Sequence record: OQ990039
Direction: 5' to 3' (one strand)
Length of the DNA: 64,000 bases
DNA from: Escherichia phage SUT_E420
A model generated the notes under the pieces. That model was not told the DNA's origin. It saw nothing but the letters and a program-made list of their open reading frames with translations, and did not search any database. The position numbers and the translations under genes were made by a program. The first letter of the stretch is position 1; every line of letters starts with the position of its first letter. Shown piece after piece: positions 37,227-45,558 of the stretch.

Positions 37227-37643
37227 ATGAGTAAATATGGTTTTGTAAATAACGGACTTAATCAAAGTATGGGCTCCCAGCAGCCCATTCCGGGTCTGGA
37301 TAACCCCTACTTACAACAGTTGCAACAGCGTTTAGCAGAAGCGCAACAGATGCAGCAACAACTCCAGCAAAACCCTGGAAGTGTGAGTCCTATGCAAATG
37401 ATGCAGCAAATGAGCGGGCAGTCGCAAATGCCTCAACAAATGCAGCAACAGGTGCCTCAGCAGCAAGTTCAGCAACAAACCCAACAACCGCAGGTTTCTG
37501 CGGAAGGACAGGCAGTACTAGCCCTTTTCGAAGACTTCGCAAAGACAGAGGATGGGAAACAGCTTGTATCACTTATGGGTAAGTTTAATAGCTTCTGCCA
37601 AAGCCAAGTTGCAAAAGCTCAAAATGGGGGTAGTAACTCCTAA
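37227..37643 (+). CDS. glutamine-rich low-complexity protein
   Basis: 138 aa, about one third Gln (QQLQQ, QQMQQQ repeats); GGAGG ribosome-binding site. Confidence 0.5.
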   Translation: MSKYGFVNNGLNQSMGSQQPIPGLDNPYLQQLQQRLAEAQQMQQQLQQNPGSVSPMQMMQQMSGQSQMPQQMQQQVPQQQVQQQTQQPQVSAEGQAVLALFEDFAKTEDGKQLVSLMGKFNSFCQSQVAKAQNGGSNS

Positions 37644-37652
37644 GGAGGAAAT

Positions 37653-37847
37653 ATGTGTTGCAGAAAATCTGTTTCGTGCTGCCCAGTGCCTGTAGCACGT
37701 TGTTGCTCTCCAGCAATGTTTACGCAAATACCGGCGTTCAATCCCTTTGCCTTTAAGCCTACTCTTATCCTGCCCCCTAGAGTAGATTTTCAGTCAAGAT
37801 TGGCCTCCCGTATGGGTGGTTGCTGTACACCGAGAGTATGGTTCTAA
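37653..37847 (+). CDS. Cys-rich small protein
   Basis: 64 aa with MCC, SCC, RCC and GGCC Cys pairs; AGGAGG ribosome-binding site. Confidence 0.45.
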   Translation: MCCRKSVSCCPVPVARCCSPAMFTQIPAFNPFAFKPTLILPPRVDFQSRLASRMGGCCTPRVWF

Positions 37848-37859
37848 ACCAAAAACAAA

Positions 37860-37894
37860 AGCCCCTGCCGAAAGGTAAGGGGCTTTTTCTTTTG
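37860..37894 (+). terminator. rho-independent terminator of plus-strand cassette
   Basis: Stem AGCCCCT/AGGGGCT followed by TTTTTCTTTTG; second copy after the N-gap is an artefact. Confidence 0.8.
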
Positions 37895-38071
37895 CCTTAA
37901 ATACAGAAAANNNNNNNNNNNNNNNNNNNNNNNNNNNNNNNNNNNNNNNNNNNNNNNNNNNNNNNNNNNNNNNNNNNNNNNNNNNNNNNNNNNNNNNNNN
38001 NNNNNNNNNNGAGTATGGTTCTAAACCAAAAACAAAAGCCCCTGCCGAAAGGTAAGGGGCTTTTTCTTTTG

Positions 38072-38115
38072 CCTTAAATACAGAAAAGCCCGCGCTCTCG
38101 TAGGAAACGCGGGCT
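38072..38115 (-). terminator. rho-independent terminator after SPFH gene
   Basis: Stem AGCCCGCG/CGCGGGCT, then TTTTCTGTATTT on the minus strand; convergent with the plus-strand terminator. Confidence 0.7.
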
Positions 38116-38139
38116 TGGTTCGAAGATTACGTGTAACTA

Positions 38140-39087
38140 TTACTTGTTACGCATATCCATGATCATTTGACCATCGTAGCCAGTACCTACCACAGTCTGA
38201 GGTACACCACCTTGATACTTCTGAGCACGGATCATTTCAACTTCCAGTTGTTTCCAACGAATCATTTCAGGAGTAATGGTACGTTGCAATGCGGCGTTAG
38301 CTTCAGCTTCTTTCTTAGCTGCGTACAGTTTAGCATCTGCGTCACGTTCATTAGCAATAGCTTGGTTGTTACGAGCTTCACGATCTGCTTCTGCTTGTTT
38401 AACTTTTTGCTGTGCTTCCTGTTCAACGCGAGCAAGTTCAGCTTTCGCAGCATTAACTTGCTCTTCACGAACTTTGGTATTCTGTACCTGTTCCATGATT
38501 ACTGGCGGCAAGGTAATATCCTGAAGGAATACCTGCTTAACTGTGTAACCATATGGGCGCGCATACTCTTCAACTTCCTGTTGAATTGCAGTTTGCAATT
38601 GAGCCTGAATTTTAGCATCAAATAAATCTTGTGCTTTAGGTACAGACTTACCAAACTCACGAATAGTAGACAGTAATTTTTCAGTTACATACTTGTCTAG
38701 TGCCTGATCCTGAGTACCTGCGTTAATACGGTTAATCGGTGCTTTAGAACCATCAAACTGCAACATAACAGTCAGGTCAACAGTGGATTTAAACTTATCC
38801 TGGCTAGGAACCTGAAGTTTATCTAATTTTACAGCAATATCTTTTGTACTAAAAGTATCGAAAGATGCAAACGGGTTTACAAGATGGAAGCCCGGCAATA
38901 CTGGATTAGGGTCTACTTTACCCAGGAATGTTTGGGTTTTAACCGTACCATCAGAAACAATAGTATATGAATTAAAAGCTAGGATTAAACCTGCTAAACC
39001 AACTACAGCACCAATACCCCAACGTTTAATAGTACGAATTACTTTCTGCTCAGAAGTCAGTTCTTTCATATTTTTAGTAGCAAACAT
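38140..39087 (-). CDS. SPFH/band-7 (stomatin/prohibitin/HflK-C-like) membrane protein
   Basis: 315 aa; N-terminal TM WGIGAVVGLAGLILAF, band-7-like core, long Ala/Gln/Glu-rich coiled coil. Confidence 0.65.
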   Translation of the reverse strand: MFATKNMKELTSEQKVIRTIKRWGIGAVVGLAGLILAFNSYTIVSDGTVKTQTFLGKVDPNPVLPGFHLVNPFASFDTFSTKDIAVKLDKLQVPSQDKFKSTVDLTVMLQFDGSKAPINRINAGTQDQALDKYVTEKLLSTIREFGKSVPKAQDLFDAKIQAQLQTAIQQEVEEYARPYGYTVKQVFLQDITLPPVIMEQVQNTKVREEQVNAAKAELARVEQEAQQKVKQAEADREARNNQAIANERDADAKLYAAKKEAEANAALQRTITPEMIRWKQLEVEMIRAQKYQGGVPQTVVGTGYDGQMIMDMRNK

Positions 39088-39121
39088 ATATTTCCTTTGT
39101 TTTAGTTACAGTTAATAAAAT

Positions 39122-39196
39122 TGGCCGAGGTGACAGGATTCGAACCTGCATAAAGGAATTTAGAAGACTCCTGCCTCTCCCTTAGACTACACCCCG
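39122..39196 (-). tRNA. tRNA-Arg (anticodon TCT)
   Basis: Acceptor CGGGGTG/CACCTCG, anticodon stem GGAGT/ATTCC with loop CTTCTAA, T-arm GCAGG-TTCGAAT-CCTGT, CCA encoded. Confidence 0.7.
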
Positions 39197-39993
39197 TTTA
39201 AGTATTTTTAAGAACTCTCGTAAAAACTCTTAAAAATACAGACGATACCGGGAGAGTCATAAGTCTCACTCATTAAGTATTTCAAGACAAAATACAGTAA
39301 CGTCTATTATTTTCCAGTTTAAGTCAGGGTGACTTAGTGGTTATGTCCTGCGGTATATTGAGGACTCGGTTAGGCTTGGGGTCATGACTTCCCACCTTTT
39401 GCTGCTACTCAACAGGAGTTATCGCGAATTACCTGTGCTATTGTGCACCATTAGTGACATCTCTCATGTCAGCATTTCCCACTTTGTGGATAGCTTGAAA
39501 AACTACTCCGATATGGAGAAAGAACTTCACTATCCTAGAATACCTTCTAAAGTTCTTCTTTAGCCTGGACATAGTTAAATCGTAATAAAACTATTCAGCA
39601 GACTGGTTGGTTAGTCTGGAACCAACTACCGCGTGGTTTAGGCAGTGCGCAACTAACCTCGGAAGCTTTTATGTTAAAAGCATCAGTTATCCAGTTCTTA
39701 CCGACCGTAGGATTCGAACCTACATCTTCCACCAGTTACGGCTTGATAATACCAATTATACTAGGACGGCAGTGTTACTACATAAGTGATTTCCACACCC
39801 CACTATTTATAAATCAGAGAAGAGTTTAGGGGAGAGGTTTCAGACGCCTCATTTTACACGTTCTAGCCACTAACCGGGATTGCCGCCCCCTGTGTACTAG
39901 TTTTACAACTAACCCACCGACTCTATTCAATGCGCTCCGGTTGGGATTCTGCACTCAGCGTAATCGGCTCGCTGTTCCCTAATTTATGAATAT

Positions 39994-40022
39994 ATTATAC
40001 AGAATTTATAAGCATTTAGCAA
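39994..40022 (-). promoter_or_regulatory. T5-early-type promoter (-35 TTGCTA, -10 TATAAT)
   Basis: 17-bp spacer; no protein gene for about 900 bp downstream, so transcript is a long leader or ncRNA plus tRNA-Arg. Confidence 0.6.
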
Positions 40023-40030
40023 ATGAATTT

Positions 40031-40465
40031 TTAGAAAAATTCACTAGCAATCAAAGCAGTTGTTTTACCGTCATAACGTCCGGGAAATTCTGCCTTAATA
40101 GTTTTCATTAATAGAGCTTTGGTAATACCTGGGTTTAATTTAACCAGTTCTGCAAAATACTCACGAATCTGAACCTCAGTCAGTTGACTTGGCTGATACT
40201 CTTGCAGCATGGAATAAAGCAGTTGCTCATAGTCTACATCAGTAGGAACTTCCATACCAACTTTAATAGCGCGTTGTTTTGCATTTTCTAGAGCCTTAAT
40301 CTGAGCTTTCAGATAGGCTACGAACTCGGTTCGAGTAACAATGTCTTTATCAATACGTTGCAGATCACCAATCATGGTCTGAAGATTAAGTGCCCGTTCC
40401 TTATCACCGTGAGTACGTGCTAGACTAAGTAGTCCACGAAGGGTCATTAGAATATTTTCACCCAT
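40031..40465 (-). CDS. hypothetical protein
   Basis: 144-aa ORF; start overlaps stop of a small upstream ORF (TAATG). Confidence 0.5.
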   Translation of the reverse strand: MGENILMTLRGLLSLARTHGDKERALNLQTMIGDLQRIDKDIVTRTEFVAYLKAQIKALENAKQRAIKVGMEVPTDVDYEQLLYSMLQEYQPSQLTEVQIREYFAELVKLNPGITKALLMKTIKAEFPGRYDGKTTALIASEFF

Positions 40466-40635
40466 TATTTCATCCCCAATGCTTGGTTAAAAGATTGTTC
40501 TGTCATAACTGCTGAGACTTTGGCGAAATCAAACTTTTTAGGGTTCGTAGTTATTTCAGCAACGTTAGAAGTTTTAACAGTTTTCGTAGTACGAATACCG
40601 CGAGTGTTAACACCAATAATTACAACTGATTTCAT
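40465..40635 (-). CDS. small hypothetical protein (56 aa)
   Basis: Below ORF-track cutoff; MKSVVIIGVNTRG...; GAGG ribosome-binding site after promoter 40667-40695. Confidence 0.35.
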   Translation of the reverse strand: MKSVVIIGVNTRGIRTTKTVKTSNVAEITTNPKKFDFAKVSAVMTEQSFNQALGMK

Positions 40636-40666
40636 ATTTCGCTTCCTCTCATTAATTTATGAAAGT

Positions 40667-40695
40667 ATTATACAGAAATTTAAGTAGCTAAGCAA
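40667..40695 (-). promoter_or_regulatory. T5-early-type promoter (-35 TTGCTT, -10 TATAAT)
   Basis: 17-bp spacer, leader CTCATTAATTTATGAAAG. Confidence 0.6.
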
Positions 40696-40703
40696 GTAAA
40701 TTT

Positions 40704-41171
40704 TTAAGTTTTAGTGACAACAGGTTTATAGAATGTATGTCCCTTAATCTTAGTTGTTTTCTTAAACTTCTTTGTCCAGTAAGGTTTATCTTTACCACTA
40801 TGGAAGTATAGTGCTCCATATGTAGGATCTTGTGGTAAATCAACGTAGTATATCACTCTAGCTAAATTCTTAGCGGTTTGCCAAGCCTCATCAGTTTTAT
40901 CAACTTTTGGTCTCTTAGATACCCAAGAGAACTGGTTAGACTGATATACTACTTTACAGTAGGAATCTGGGAATTTACCGGAGTTTACACGGTTTTTAGT
41001 AACATGTGCAATCGCCGTCATTCCCTTTATGCCCTCACCACGACTTTCGAAATAGATATTTTTAGCAATGCAATCTATTTCTTTTGCATCGTGCGATGCC
41101 TGACTACTAAAGCTGAAGGTAAGGGCAGCTACTAAAAGCAAAGCTGCCTTCATTCTTTTTACTCCTGCCAA
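40704..41171 (-). CDS. secreted SleB-like cell-wall hydrolase
   Basis: 155 aa; signal peptide ending SQA; YFESRGEG, KNRV, SYCKVV and QFSW match the SleB/CwlJ signature. Confidence 0.6.
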   Translation of the reverse strand: MAGVKRMKAALLLVAALTFSFSSQASHDAKEIDCIAKNIYFESRGEGIKGMTAIAHVTKNRVNSGKFPDSYCKVVYQSNQFSWVSKRPKVDKTDEAWQTAKNLARVIYYVDLPQDPTYGALYFHSGKDKPYWTKKFKKTTKIKGHTFYKPVVTKT

Positions 41172-41476
41172 TCATATTCAACACGATTGGGATTTTCTTT
41201 ATACCCTAAGTCAAGCAAATCATTACGCATATTTTGCTTAGCTACTGGGTTCGAGGTTACTAGTACCACTTTCTTTGGTCTCTGCCCAAATTCTAAGAGT
41301 AAACGAAGAATTTGATAACCTTCCATACCATCTACAGCCAAGTCATTATCCATATAAACGAAATGGCCGGTGGTATCAGTTTTATTCAGAAACTCTACAG
41401 CGGCTTCTGGGGTTCGAATGATAATGTCCATTCCGTGAAGATTACGCACATCATCAATCAAAATATGAAAAGTCAT
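41159..41476 (-). CDS. stand-alone CheY-like receiver-domain protein (tentative)
   Basis: 105 aa; ILIDDV, YMDNDLAVDGMEGYQIL and VVLVTSN resemble receiver-domain acidic pocket, phospho-Asp and Thr positions. Confidence 0.4.
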   Translation of the reverse strand: MTFHILIDDVRNLHGMDIIIRTPEAAVEFLNKTDTTGHFVYMDNDLAVDGMEGYQILRLLLEFGQRPKKVVLVTSNPVAKQNMRNDLLDLGYKENPNRVEYDWQE

Positions 41477-41506
41477 AATAGCCTCGTTTCATCAATTTAA
41501 AAATAT

Positions 41507-41535
41507 ATTATACAGATAACTTAGTAACTTAGTAA
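41507..41535 (-). promoter_or_regulatory. T5-early-type promoter (-35 TTACTA, -10 TATAAT)
   Basis: 17-bp spacer, leader TCATCAATTTAAAAA. Confidence 0.5.
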
Positions 41536-41926
41536 ATTAGCAAATACATTTTTAAATTGTGAAACTAGTAAACCGATAAACAGCCTAGAGGCGCCACAGG
41601 CCATATCTTATGAGCCATGTACCTTTGATCTAGGGTTTGAATCATCAACGAATACTTTGCATCTTTTAGCTTTAGAAGTTTAGAAGTTTGAGTTCTTTAA
41701 ACTTTTCAGCTTTCATACTTAAATGTTGATCTTTGAAGTTGTGTCGGTAATATCAACGACGCTTTGTTCTTACGTGTCAGCTTAAAAGGCTGGTGTAATA
41801 AACATAATCTCCAATAGATTATACTTTATAGTATGGTCAGCGGTCTTATTTAACCCCGTATTTCAACCGCTGCTGCGAGGTAAGATGCTTGGGCTTTCGT
41901 CTACCGATTTACTAGCTTTTAAATTA

Positions 41927-42565
41927 TTACTCTACTTCAATGAAGGTAGAGGCGTTAGACTCGGACAGAACAAAGTCAACATTTGTTGCAAAGTCCTGGT
42001 ATTCCTCGTCATGCTGCTTAATCAACTTCTCCAGTTCCAGCGGATCAATCAAGAATGGAGTATTCTTGAGTTCCAGCAGGTTGAGTTGCATTTTAACTTC
42101 ATCTTCGGAAGTTTTCTTATCACGGGTAGCCATGCTATCCTGCAAACGCTCATATTTAGCATCAAACTGTGCTTTCTGCGTATTAAACTTAACCGTAGCG
42201 GCATGGAACTGCTTACGCATGTTAGCCAGCAGTTGAGCTTTAAGCTCCATAGAACGCTTAGCTTCAATTGCTTCCGCAACAGTCATTTTACGAGAACCGA
42301 TCTCAACGATTGTTTCTGCATTGCTCTTAATCAGAGCAGATTTAATACGATCACGCTGAGACATCATATCCAGCAGAGACTGGAAATCAGTCTTAATACG
42401 AGTAGACAGATCAGCTACTTCGATTGCAGCGCCAACTACAACCTGGTTTTTATCCTTACCTTCACCAACAGCGATCAGAAGCTGCTGTTCAGTAGCTTTA
42501 CGGATTTTAGCTTCCAGAGATTTGATAGTTGCTAGAGCGCGAGTTTTAGAAATACGAGTAGTCAT
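41927..42565 (-). CDS. hypothetical coiled-coil protein
   Basis: 212-aa ORF. Confidence 0.55.
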   Translation of the reverse strand: MTTRISKTRALATIKSLEAKIRKATEQQLLIAVGEGKDKNQVVVGAAIEVADLSTRIKTDFQSLLDMMSQRDRIKSALIKSNAETIVEIGSRKMTVAEAIEAKRSMELKAQLLANMRKQFHAATVKFNTQKAQFDAKYERLQDSMATRDKKTSEDEVKMQLNLLELKNTPFLIDPLELEKLIKQHDEEYQDFATNVDFVLSESNASTFIEVE

Positions 42566-42618
42566 TATTTGTTTCCTTATATGAGGTTTGAGATTTGAAT
42601 TTGTTTAAAGTTGGTCTA

Positions 42619-42801
42619 TTACAGACCAATTGCCAGCAGAGTGCGCAGAACAGTATCGTTACTGTTATCAATTTTAGGATTAGCACGATTTAGCAGATCA
42701 AAGATTTTCTGGACACCTGATTGACGTTCAGCCATACGACGGATACCCAGATTACGAGTAGCTTTCTTACCATTTTTACGAACATTTTTAGATACTGGCA
42801 T
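42619..42801 (-). CDS. small basic protein
   Basis: 60 aa, Lys/Arg-rich. Confidence 0.45.
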   Translation of the reverse strand: MPVSKNVRKNGKKATRNLGIRRMAERQSGVQKIFDLLNRANPKIDNSNDTVLRTLLAIGL

Positions 42802-42841
42802 ATTTGTTTTCCTTTTATTGTTTTCTCAAATTTATGAATAT

Positions 42842-42870
42842 ATTATACAGAATTTTGGAGCCGGAAGCAA
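42842..42870 (-). promoter_or_regulatory. T5-early-type promoter (-35 TTGCTT, -10 TATAAT)
   Basis: 17-bp spacer, leader CTCAAATTTATGAATA. Confidence 0.6.
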
Positions 42871-42871
42871 A

Positions 42872-43573
42872 TCAAATTTTCATTTTTTCGATCATAGCTG
42901 CAACACAATAGCTTTCAACTAAGGCATCAAATGCAGGATCATGCTTAACCGGATAGATCCCATAACGAATGGTGTCCATCTTCTCCATTTTAGCTTTTGC
43001 CCAGCTAATACCTTCAGCCTCTAGATCTTTGTAACTATAATCAGCTTGCATCCAGAGATTACGAAGAGATCGAACATTGCCCAAATTCCAGAATTTCCAC
43101 GGAACTACCTCTTCATTGGTTCCAGCATGGAATGTGTTTGCAGAGTAGATAGTCATATCAAACTCTGGGCCATTACCATAATACAAAGCATTTTCGCCTA
43201 GAGCCAACTCCATAATATTTTGAGCCATAGAGAAGGCAGCATAGTTTGAGCCAAATTTATTAGTGCAATGATGTTTACCATTTTGGAAGGCAATCAGTTT
43301 TGGATTACGTTCCTTCATAGCTTCCATAATGTGAATAGCAGACGGGCTATTTTTAGCTTGATCCATCCAGAATGCTAGAGTAGATGCTGTAACTTTAGCA
43401 CCAGAATTAAGCTGATCTTGTACATCCAAAGTAACAAATACTAGATCAGGGTCTTTATCAATTCCATGCATAGCCACAAAAGCGAAAGAAGGCATTGCGA
43501 TATGAGTAGTACCACAATCTCCTGGAGTTCCCAGAGATTCAATATCTAGCATACCAAATGGTTTTACTTTCAT
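42872..43573 (-). CDS. DnaQ-like 3'-5' exonuclease (DEDD family)
   Basis: 233 aa; LDIESLG (Exo I), YGNGPEFDMTIY (Exo II) and KHDPAFDAL (Exo III) motifs. Confidence 0.6.
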   Translation of the reverse strand: MKVKPFGMLDIESLGTPGDCGTTHIAMPSFAFVAMHGIDKDPDLVFVTLDVQDQLNSGAKVTASTLAFWMDQAKNSPSAIHIMEAMKERNPKLIAFQNGKHHCTNKFGSNYAAFSMAQNIMELALGENALYYGNGPEFDMTIYSANTFHAGTNEEVVPWKFWNLGNVRSLRNLWMQADYSYKDLEAEGISWAKAKMEKMDTIRYGIYPVKHDPAFDALVESYCVAAMIEKMKI

Positions 43574-43601
43574 AAGTTATCCTTTATTGTGTAGAAAACT
43601 A

Positions 43602-43838
43602 TTAAAGAGCTGTCTCTTTAATAGACTCCCACTTCTTGGGGTCTTTAAAACCAGGGAGCATATCCTCACTGACATCCCAGTTCTCTTCCATAGAGAAGTC
43701 GGGCCATTCATCCCAACTACCTTCCAACTCTTCATAACAGGTATCCATTACCTCATGACTAGAAAGTCGTGTATAATCCCTAGCTGACTTATGGGTGGTA
43801 GCACGGTTAAAATCATTCTTTGCCACAAAATTACGCAT
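43602..43838 (-). CDS. hypothetical acidic protein
   Basis: 78-aa ORF. Confidence 0.45.
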   Translation of the reverse strand: MRNFVAKNDFNRATTHKSARDYTRLSSHEVMDTCYEELEGSWDEWPDFSMEENWDVSEDMLPGFKDPKKWESIKETAL

Positions 43839-43839
43839 A

Positions 43840-43871
43840 GTTTCTCCAAATAAGAGGGGCTTTCGCCCCCT
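43840..43871 (-). terminator. candidate rho-independent terminator
   Basis: GC stem GAGGGGC/GCCCCCT between two co-oriented genes. Confidence 0.45.
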
Positions 43872-43879
43872 GATTTAAA

Positions 43880-44095
43880 TCACTTGCCCAGCAGTTTAAG
43901 GATATTTTCCATAATAGTTTGGGCAGATTTTTCACTCTTGTTGGTTTCAGCCAACTTTAAAGCGAGTTCTTCCTGCTGTTTCTGAATATCAGCTGCGATT
44001 TTTTGATCAGCCTCAATACGAGCTTGAAGCTCATCAGTGATAGTGGTAAAGGAAGCAACGATTTCAGTAACAGAACGTGGTTTCTTAGAGAACAT
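43880..44095 (-). CDS. hypothetical coiled-coil protein
   Basis: 71-aa ORF. Confidence 0.45.
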   Translation of the reverse strand: MFSKKPRSVTEIVASFTTITDELQARIEADQKIAADIQKQQEELALKLAETNKSEKSAQTIMENILKLLGK

Positions 44096-44159
44096 AAAAA
44101 ATATCCTTGATTAGTTAGAGAATTAGTGGATTGTAGGGGCTTCTGCCCCTATTTATCTA

Positions 44160-44675
44160 TTACTTCGCTTTACGCTTGCGAGCTGGTTTAGCAGATTTAC
44201 GAGCAGAATCACCAGTGAACTTAATGCCTACACCGTAACACAGAGCGCGAACATTATCTTTACTATACTCTACGCCAAAGATATTTGGCTTAACAGAACC
44301 AAACTGTCCACGAGTATCGCGCAATACATCTGCTGTTGGTTTACGCTTCTGGTTAACTGCCTTCTCGTAGTCTTTCATAGACATACCATTACGAGAGAAC
44401 AATTCAGCCCCAGCGTTGAAACTCAAAGATACTGGGACAGATTTGTGGCCGTAATTTTCTACATACATAACCATTTTGTAGGATTTACGGGTGGCATTTT
44501 TAGCTTTAGGCTTCTTACGAATCGGAGCCGGATTATTCAATGCTTGCGCAGCCTGAGCATCGGTAGGATGCTTACGCAGGTGACGTTCCAGACGAGCTTT
44601 GCGATTAGCCTCGGTCTGCGGGAAAGTTTTAACTGCCGGGGCTGCTTGAGTTTTTGCGTTTTTCTGCTTAGCCAT
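44160..44675 (-). CDS. basic protein, possible nucleic-acid binding
   Basis: 171 aa, Lys/Arg-rich at both ends. Confidence 0.5.
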   Translation of the reverse strand: MAKQKNAKTQAAPAVKTFPQTEANRKARLERHLRKHPTDAQAAQALNNPAPIRKKPKAKNATRKSYKMVMYVENYGHKSVPVSLSFNAGAELFSRNGMSMKDYEKAVNQKRKPTADVLRDTRGQFGSVKPNIFGVEYSKDNVRALCYGVGIKFTGDSARKSAKPARKRKAK

Positions 44676-44713
44676 TATTTGTTTTCCTTTTTGTTTATCA
44701 ATTTATGAAGTAT

Positions 44714-44742
44714 ATTATACGAGAATTTGAAGCGTTTAGCAA
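44714..44742 (-). promoter_or_regulatory. T5-early-type promoter (-35 TTGCTA, -10 TATAAT)
   Basis: 17-bp spacer. Confidence 0.6.
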
Positions 44743-44750
44743 ATGAATTT

Positions 44751-45200
44751 TTAATTTATTAACTGTAAGCTTCTTTTAATTTCAGACCTTACTTGCATCA
44801 AAAGGACTCCTAAAGTATTATCCCCGATGCCTCGGCAAACACCCCAATATGTATCTCCCCAGGTATTTCCTTCGATCAAAGTTGCATTTTCTGTTGCTAA
44901 CAGTTTATCTCTTAAATCAGGAATTGCAAACTTTAATCGTAAAAGCTCTAGCATTACATCATCTTTTACTTTATCCCAGTCAGAGCGTAGGGTTAATTTA
45001 CGTCCTCTACGTTTAGCAACTCCTGCATTTAGGGAGCGGAGTACATGAGCTACATCATCTTTTTGGTCGGATTTCATAGCCTGAAAAGCATGTTCTACAG
45101 TATCAGCATGCCATATCTCATTTAGATATTCGAAAGTAATTGGTGATAAATAAAAGTTAGATAAGAAACTATAAGTACCTTTAAATTCAGTAATCTTCAT
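44751..45200 (-). CDS. NADAR-domain protein (YbiA-like, DUF1768)
   Basis: 149 aa; FLSNFY, EHAFQAMK, W..VKDDVM, LRLKF and GDTYWG...LGVLLMQVR follow the YbiA/NADAR pattern. Confidence 0.75.
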   Translation of the reverse strand: MKITEFKGTYSFLSNFYLSPITFEYLNEIWHADTVEHAFQAMKSDQKDDVAHVLRSLNAGVAKRRGRKLTLRSDWDKVKDDVMLELLRLKFAIPDLRDKLLATENATLIEGNTWGDTYWGVCRGIGDNTLGVLLMQVRSEIKRSLQLIN

Positions 45201-45481
45201 TTTTTACGCCCCGCATCTTTAGCCTCCTCGGCTGTATAGATATACTGATAAGCCCCTTTGGAGTAGGCTGGAGCAGTACACATTTTCTTACGCTCAATCT
45301 CTTCTTGAGCTTTTCTTTCGCGTTCCGCTAATTCTTCGTCCAAATAAACTAAACGTTGTTCTGGAGGAGGTGGAAGACGTGTTTCTGGCTCGCCAATATT
45401 AGCCTTTCTTATTTGACGAGGTGATTGTGCACGTTTTCTCAATGGTTTAAATCCTAATGAATTTGAGTTATAGATCCGCAT
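45197..45481 (-). CDS. small basic protein
   Basis: 94-aa ORF. Confidence 0.45.
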   Translation of the reverse strand: MRIYNSNSLGFKPLRKRAQSPRQIRKANIGEPETRLPPPPEQRLVYLDEELAERERKAQEEIERKKMCTAPAYSKGAYQYIYTAEEAKDAGRKK

Positions 45482-45508
45482 AAAGCCCTCCTCACTTTCA
45501 ATACGAAT

Positions 45509-45537
45509 ATTATACTAAATTATAGGGCTTTAAGCAA
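45509..45537 (-). promoter_or_regulatory. T5-early-type promoter (-35 TTGCTT, -10 TATAAT)
   Basis: 17-bp spacer. Confidence 0.6.
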
Positions 45538-45558
45538 GAGAATTTTTTAATTTATTTA

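Noticed and set aside
37911-38074. Second copy of the plus-strand terminator hairpin after the N-gap
   Set aside because: Exact duplicate of the 37.8-kb flank on the other side of an N-run; considered an assembly artefact
38167-38625. Plus-strand ORFs antisense to the SPFH gene (38167-38625, 38276-38524) and minus ORF 38262-38468
   Set aside because: Overlap a well-supported longer gene in other frames; low-complexity translations typical of antisense reading of coiled-coil codons
39607-39789. 60-aa plus-strand ORF in the ORF-poor region
   Set aside because: Overlaps a tRNA-like T-arm on the opposite strand, no ribosome-binding site, surrounded by minus-strand transcription
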